Source: Armatimonadota bacterium
GTDB taxonomy: Bacteria; Armatimonadota; Fimbriimonadia; Fimbriimonadales; GBS-DC
DNA length: 64,000 bases
Reading direction: 5' to 3'
NCBI GenBank assembly: GCA_037444405.1
Contig: JBBIML010000006.1
Coordinates: 209,135 to 273,134, forward strand
Below, piece after piece: positions 59,187 to 64,000 of this stretch. A model generated the notes under the pieces. That model was not told the origin of the DNA, ran no database searches, and saw only the letters and a program-made list of their open reading frames with translations. Every line of letters starts with the position of its first letter. The stretch's first letter is position 1. Both the position numbers and the translations under genes were made by a program.

Positions 59187-59831
59187 GTGAACATGGTGCT
59201 CGTCTGGCTGAGCATGTTGGGCGCATCGCTGATGCTGGCGCAGGCGCCGTCGCGGGAGCCGCGCCTGCACCGGTCGCCTCCGAAGCCGACTTCCGCCCTC
59301 GATCAGCCCCTCACGGGCTATGAGGTCGCTATGCTGATCGCGGAGTTCGTTCAGAATCTGGAGCACGGGCTGAGCGAGGCGTTCGAGAAGCCGATTCGCA
59401 CGGCGGGCGCGGGCGAGGTCGCGCTCACGGGCAGGCATCCTGCATGGGCGCGCGACGCGCTGATCGAGCTCAAGCGGCGCGACCTGATTCCGCGCGATTT
59501 TGATGGGCGCAAGCCGATGAGACGCTATCAGGTGGGCATCCTGTTAGCCCGCTATGCGCAGCGGCTCGATGCACGCATGCGGGCGCAGGTGGGTGAGCCT
59601 GTCGGGCGCACACGCTTCCAGACGCAGCCGCGCATCGCGTTGTCCCCTCGACATCCCGCCTATCCTGCGCTTAAATATCTGGCGGAGGGCGCGTGGGTGG
59701 GCGCGGAATCACCCCTCTATCGCGAGCCAGAGGGCTTCCTGCGCGGGCGCGAGCTGCCCGACATGCTCCAGAACCTTGCCCGCCGCATCCTGGAACGCTA
59801 CACCCGCGAGAAACATCTGGAGGAACCCTGA
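59187..59831 (+). CDS. Secreted protein with S-layer-homology-like repeats
   Basis: Signal peptide; HPAWARDAL..L...FDGRKPMRRYQ and HPAYPAL..LA motifs. Confidence 0.6.
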   Translation: MNMVLVWLSMLGASLMLAQAPSREPRLHRSPPKPTSALDQPLTGYEVAMLIAEFVQNLEHGLSEAFEKPIRTAGAGEVALTGRHPAWARDALIELKRRDLIPRDFDGRKPMRRYQVGILLARYAQRLDARMRAQVGEPVGRTRFQTQPRIALSPRHPAYPALKYLAEGAWVGAESPLYREPEGFLRGRELPDMLQNLARRILERYTREKHLEEP

Positions 59832-59836
59832 AGGCG

Positions 59837-60490
59837 ATGAGCGAACGACTCCAGCAACAGATTGCGTTTCTGGTGGAGATCGATCGGCTGAAAGGGATAT
59901 TGCGGCGCACGCGCCTGATGGACGGCTCGCGCTACGAGAACAGCGCGGAGCATTCATGGTACTTCGCCGTCGCGGCGCTGGTGCTGTCCGAGTACGCCCG
60001 CGAGCCAGTGGACCTGTTGCGTGTGGTGAAGATGGCGCTGGTTCACGATATCGTGGAGATCGACGCGGGCGACACCTTCGTGTTTGACGAGGATGCCCGT
60101 CAGACCCAGCATGAGCGGGAGGCGCGCGCGGCGGAGCGCATTTTCGGCTTACTACCGCCTGAACAGGCACAGGAGTTCCGCGCGCTCTGGCAGGAGTTTA
60201 TCGAGCGGCGCACGCCCGAAGCGCAGTTCGCCGCCGCGCTCGATAGCCTCGTGAGCGTGCTGGCGAACGCCCACACAAACGGCGGCAGCTGGCGCGAGAA
60301 CGGCATACCCTTAGAGCGCGTGCTTCAGTTCGACCGACGCATCGAACAGGGCGCACCCGCCCTCTGGGAACTCGCCAGGCAGCTGATTGTGCAGACCTTT
60401 GAGCAGCTCTCGAAACCGCTATCTGCGATTCCCCTCTCTCAAGGTACAAGGACAGAGGACACACCTGCGAACGCCGAAGCCGAGATGTAA
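59837..60490 (+). CDS. HD domain hydrolase (YfbR/HD_3-like)
   Basis: LKGILRRT, ENSAEHSW, LVHDIVEIDAGD, TPEAQFA.ALD. Confidence 0.9.
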   Translation: MSERLQQQIAFLVEIDRLKGILRRTRLMDGSRYENSAEHSWYFAVAALVLSEYAREPVDLLRVVKMALVHDIVEIDAGDTFVFDEDARQTQHEREARAAERIFGLLPPEQAQEFRALWQEFIERRTPEAQFAAALDSLVSVLANAHTNGGSWRENGIPLERVLQFDRRIEQGAPALWELARQLIVQTFEQLSKPLSAIPLSQGTRTEDTPANAEAEM

Positions 60491-60553
60491 AAAAGTGATG
60501 TGCCTGGTGCAGCAGCCGAGCCTGAATCGGGTATACTGGCGCTGGTGAGAAGC

Positions 60554-60772
60554 ATGGGTTGGCGCGGTGTGATACGCGGACGCACAATCGACCTGGAACG
60601 GGAGCCGCCGCTGCCCGAGGGCACGCCGGTAGAAGTGGAATTGCTGCCACCCGCGCCCAACCCACGCTGGGGACTGCTCACAAACCAGCCCGATTCTGGT
60701 GACGGCGAATGTCTGCCACTTTCAGCGTGTGGCAGCATTAGGGTATCCCCTGGAGGTAGTGAATTGGCGTGA
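60554..60772 (+). CDS. Small AF2212/DUF104-like antitoxin-type protein, possibly degenerate
   Basis: GVIRGRTIDLE..PPLPEGTPVEVEL pattern; TATACT upstream at 60532. Confidence 0.55.
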   Translation: MGWRGVIRGRTIDLEREPPLPEGTPVEVELLPPAPNPRWGLLTNQPDSGDGECLPLSACGSIRVSPGGSELA

Positions 60773-62124
60773 AATGCCTACAGAGTAACTGGCAATATCC
60801 TGTGTGCCTTGCCGTGCTGTTGATCGGGGTCGGGCTGTGCCTCGCGCCGCGCCCGAAGCCCGAGCTGAACGAGCAGCAGCGGCTGGAGGTGTTCGATTTC
60901 GTCTGGCGCACGGTGCGCGACTCGCATTTTGACCCGAAGATGGGCGGACTGGACTGGCAGGGGGTGCGTCGGCGCTATGAGCCGAAAGTTCGCACCGCCC
61001 GAAGCGATAGCGAGTTCTATCGCCTGCTGAACGAAATGGTGGGTGAACTGAAGCAGTCGCATATCGCGGTCATCCCACCTACCAGCCTGATTGCCGCCCG
61101 GCAGACGCGCGGGCGTCTCACGGAGGGCGAGGTCGGCATCACCGCGCAGCTGGTCGATGGGATAGTGTTGATTGTGCGCGTTCGCCCCGATAGCCCCGCC
61201 GCCCGAGCCGGTCTGCGACCGGGCGACCAGATTCTCGCCATCGACGGCACGCCCGTTCAGCAGTGGCTGAACGAGCTGGAAGCCTCCATGCGCATGTCGC
61301 TGCCGAACCGTTCCAGCAACTCGCCCGTAGTCAATCGCTTCCTGACCTACTATGTGATGCTCACGCTGTTGAACGGTGCGCCCGGCAGCGAGGTACGCCT
61401 GCGCTGTCGCACGCTGACCGACGAGGAGCGCGAAGTTACGCTCACACGCGCCCCGATAGAGGGCGTGCGCCAGCAGATAGGGTTATTGCCGCCGTTGCCC
61501 GTGCGCGTGGAGAGCCGACGGCTGGATGGCAATATCGGCTATATTGCCTTCAACGCCTTCATGCCCGCGATTATGGAGCCTGTGCGCAAAGCCGTTCGTG
61601 AGTTGAGCGACACCCGCGCGCTGATTATTGACCTGCGGGAGAACATCGGCGGGATTGGTATCATGGCGGGCGGCATCGGAGGGCTGCTGACCGACAGAGA
61701 GATACCGATGGGTGTTATGCGTCTGCGTGAGGGCGCTCTCCCCATCGTGGCGAACCCCCAGCCTCGCGCGTATATCAAGCCCGTGATCATCCTCACCGAC
61801 GAAGCGACGGTCAGCACGGCAGAGATTATGGCGGGCGCGTTGCAGGAAGCGCGACGCGCAATCATCATCGGTCGCCCGACGCCAGGCTACGCGCTGCCCT
61901 CCAAAGTGGTGCAGCTGCCCTATGGCGGTCTGCTGCAGTGCGTGATGGCTGACTATCGCACGCCGAAAGGGCGACGGCTGGAAGGGGTCGGCGTCAAGCC
62001 CGATATCGAAGTTGCGCTCACGCGTGACGCCTTCCGCCAGAGCGACGCCCCCATCCTGCAGGCGGCTCTCGATTATCTCAATCGGAGCGAGTCGACCGCT
62101 GGGCGAGGTGGAACCGGTGGCTAA
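60769..62124 (+). CDS. S41 family C-terminal processing peptidase with PDZ domain
   Basis: [49 protein letters not shown]. Confidence 0.9.
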   Translation: MKCLQSNWQYPVCLAVLLIGVGLCLAPRPKPELNEQQRLEVFDFVWRTVRDSHFDPKMGGLDWQGVRRRYEPKVRTARSDSEFYRLLNEMVGELKQSHIAVIPPTSLIAARQTRGRLTEGEVGITAQLVDGIVLIVRVRPDSPAARAGLRPGDQILAIDGTPVQQWLNELEASMRMSLPNRSSNSPVVNRFLTYYVMLTLLNGAPGSEVRLRCRTLTDEEREVTLTRAPIEGVRQQIGLLPPLPVRVESRRLDGNIGYIAFNAFMPAIMEPVRKAVRELSDTRALIIDLRENIGGIGIMAGGIGGLLTDREIPMGVMRLREGALPIVANPQPRAYIKPVIILTDEATVSTAEIMAGALQEARRAIIIGRPTPGYALPSKVVQLPYGGLLQCVMADYRTPKGRRLEGVGVKPDIEVALTRDAFRQSDAPILQAALDYLNRSESTAGRGGTGG

Positions 62125-63640
62125 CTGGTGGCAGCGGCTTAAAAGCGGCTTCTGGCGGGCGACCGAGCGCGCCGTGCAGCAGATGCCTGGCGTGCGTGAG
62201 CGGCTGGAGCGCGAATATGAGCGTGTCAGCGCGATCGTGCGCGAACGGCTGCACCCCTACACAGGCGAGCTGCCCACCTTCACCCGCCTACCCGAAACGG
62301 GGCTGCCGCAGGCGCAGGTGCTGGAGTGGATGCAGGCGTTGCAGGAGCGCGAGGCGTCTGCATGGCGGCGGGGGCAAACTTCGGGCACGGTCTATCACGG
62401 CGGCGAGACGCATATCGAGTTCCTCAATCGCGTCTACGCGCTCCATTCGCAGAGCAACCCGCTGCACGCGGACCTGTTCCCCAGTGCCATCAAGTTCGAG
62501 GCGGAGATGGTCGCGATGACGGCGCACCTGCTCGGCGCCGAGCCGACCGACGACCCCGAGCAGCAGATTGTGGGCACGGTGTCGTCAGGCGGCACGGAGA
62601 GCATCTTGCTGGCGATGAAAGCCTATCGCGACTGGGCGCGCGCCGAGCGGGGCATCACCCAGCCCGAAGTGATTGCACCCGTCACGGCGCATCCTGCCTT
62701 CGATAAGGCGGCGCACCTGTTCGGCATTCGGCTGGTGCGCACGCCGGTGGACAGCCAGTTCCGCGCCGATGTGGACGCGATGCGTCGCGCTCTCACGCGC
62801 CACACGATTGCGCTGGTCGCCTCCGCACCCGGCTACCCGCACGGCGTGATAGACCCTATCCCGGCGATGGCGGAGCTGGCGCAGGCGCACCGCGTTGGAC
62901 TGCATGTCGATGCCTGTCTGGGCGGGTTCATCCTGCCCTTTATCGAGCGGCTGGGCTATCCTGTGCCGCCGTTCGACTTCCGCGTGCAGGGCGTCACTTC
63001 GATGTCGGTTGACCCCCACAAGTACGGCTACACGCCCAAGGGTTTATCGGTGGTGCTGTATCGTGGGCGGGCGCTGCGACGCTATCAGTATTTCACCTGC
63101 ACCGACTGGCCGGGCGGGCTTTACGCCTCGCCCACGCTGCCGGGCAGTCGCCCTGGCGCGCTCAGCGCGGCGGGCTGGGCAGCGATGGTCACGCTGGGCG
63201 AATCGGGCTATCTTGAAGCCGCCCGGCGCATTATGGAGACCGCCACCGCCATTCGCAGAGGCATCGAAGCGATACCAGAGTTGAAACTCATGGGCGAGCC
63301 GCTTTTTCTGATTGCCTTCACTTCCGACACGCTCAACATCTATCAGGTGCTGGACAGCATGGCGCGACGGGGCTGGCATCTGGTCGCGCTTCAGCGTCCG
63401 CCCGGTGCGCATATTGCCATCACCCTGCGCCACACGCAGCCTGGCGTCGCCGAGCGGTTCCTGAACGACCTGCGCGAGTCGGTTGACGAGATGAAGCGCG
63501 GCGATAGCGCCAGCAAAGAGGTGGGCATGGCGCCCATCTATGGCATGGTGAACTCGTTGCCCATGCGCGGCATCATCGATGAGGTGCTTCTGCGCTACCT
63601 GGACGCCCTGTACGATTCGGGATCAGATGCTCCCGCATAA
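62117..63640 (+). CDS. PLP-dependent sphingosine-1-phosphate lyase-like protein
   Basis: [56 protein letters not shown]. Confidence 0.88.
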   Translation: MANWWQRLKSGFWRATERAVQQMPGVRERLEREYERVSAIVRERLHPYTGELPTFTRLPETGLPQAQVLEWMQALQEREASAWRRGQTSGTVYHGGETHIEFLNRVYALHSQSNPLHADLFPSAIKFEAEMVAMTAHLLGAEPTDDPEQQIVGTVSSGGTESILLAMKAYRDWARAERGITQPEVIAPVTAHPAFDKAAHLFGIRLVRTPVDSQFRADVDAMRRALTRHTIALVASAPGYPHGVIDPIPAMAELAQAHRVGLHVDACLGGFILPFIERLGYPVPPFDFRVQGVTSMSVDPHKYGYTPKGLSVVLYRGRALRRYQYFTCTDWPGGLYASPTLPGSRPGALSAAGWAAMVTLGESGYLEAARRIMETATAIRRGIEAIPELKLMGEPLFLIAFTSDTLNIYQVLDSMARRGWHLVALQRPPGAHIAITLRHTQPGVAERFLNDLRESVDEMKRGDSASKEVGMAPIYGMVNSLPMRGIIDEVLLRYLDALYDSGSDAPA

Positions 63641-63647
63641 TTTCGTT

Positions 63648-63753
63648 GTAGAGGGGGTAGCTGCCCCCTCACCCGTACCCTCTCCCCCGCAGGCGGGGGA
63701 GAGCGACTCAGCCCCCTCCCGCAGCGTTGGGAGAGGGGGCAAGGGGACGGGGG
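63648..63753. repeat. REP cluster between convergent genes
   Basis: GTAGAGGGGGTAGCTGCCCCCTC, CCCTCACCCGTACCCTCTCCCCCGCAGGCGGGGGAGAG and an inverted copy ...GGGAGAGGGGGCAAGGGGACGGGGG. Confidence 0.75.
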
Positions 63754-64000
63754 CTAACACCCATTCCCAAAGTTGAATAACACCACCAGCAGGTCGGCGT
63801 CATCCACCACACCATCACAGTTCACATCAGCTGGATTGGAACCCGTCGCCCCAAACGCGAACAACACCTGCAACAGGTCCGCATCGTCCACGCAGCCATC
63901 GCTGTTGACATCCCCATTCGTCGGCACACAGCCCACCGCAAACCAGAAGCCGCCCGTGAGGCTGAAGTTGCCGCCTGTGAGGGGGTTGCTCGCGTCGGGC
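63754..64000 (-). CDS. C-terminus of a protein with dockerin-like tail (5' part outside window)
   Basis: ..GGNFSLTGGFW..GDVNSDGCVDDADLLQVLFAFG...VLFNFGNGC. Confidence 0.85.
   Translation of the reverse strand, partial: PDASNPLTGGNFSLTGGFWFAVGCVPTNGDVNSDGCVDDADLLQVLFAFGATGSNPADVNCDGVVDDADLLVVLFNFGNGC

Overview
GC-rich bacterial chromosomal window, most likely a thermophilic member of Armatimonadota. This is inferred from the DUF1559 prepilin-like gene, a PEP-CTERM protein, repeated C-terminal dockerin-like 'DDADLLxVLFxFG..C' domains and a Thermus-type icd. It is mostly housekeeping and envelope genes in short, shuffled operons: atpA/atpG, infB, rbfA, serS, rsmA, argB, purF, purB, queC, icd, rnhB, rfbB, a GDP-mannose dehydrogenase/GT4 cluster, pspA, and a GAF/PAS kinase with a sigma-54 activator. 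It also has one helicase-less type IIG/ISP-like restriction-modification gene, several gene remnants, and many REP-like palindromes, some translated in-frame inside proteins. No rRNA, tRNA, CRISPR array or transposase was recognised. The most interesting unannotated signals are: (i) a candidate sigma-54-driven, ~120-nt structured small RNA with its own terminator between rnhB and rfbB; (ii) a leader-peptide/terminator-antiterminator switch upstream of an HNH endonuclease; (iii) a shared Cys-terminated dockerin-like tail on four secreted proteins; (iv) widespread leaderless and back-to-back -10 promoters; (v) strong apparent avoidance of ACGT and GGCC. All calls come from reading the sequence by eye, and no database searches were run.
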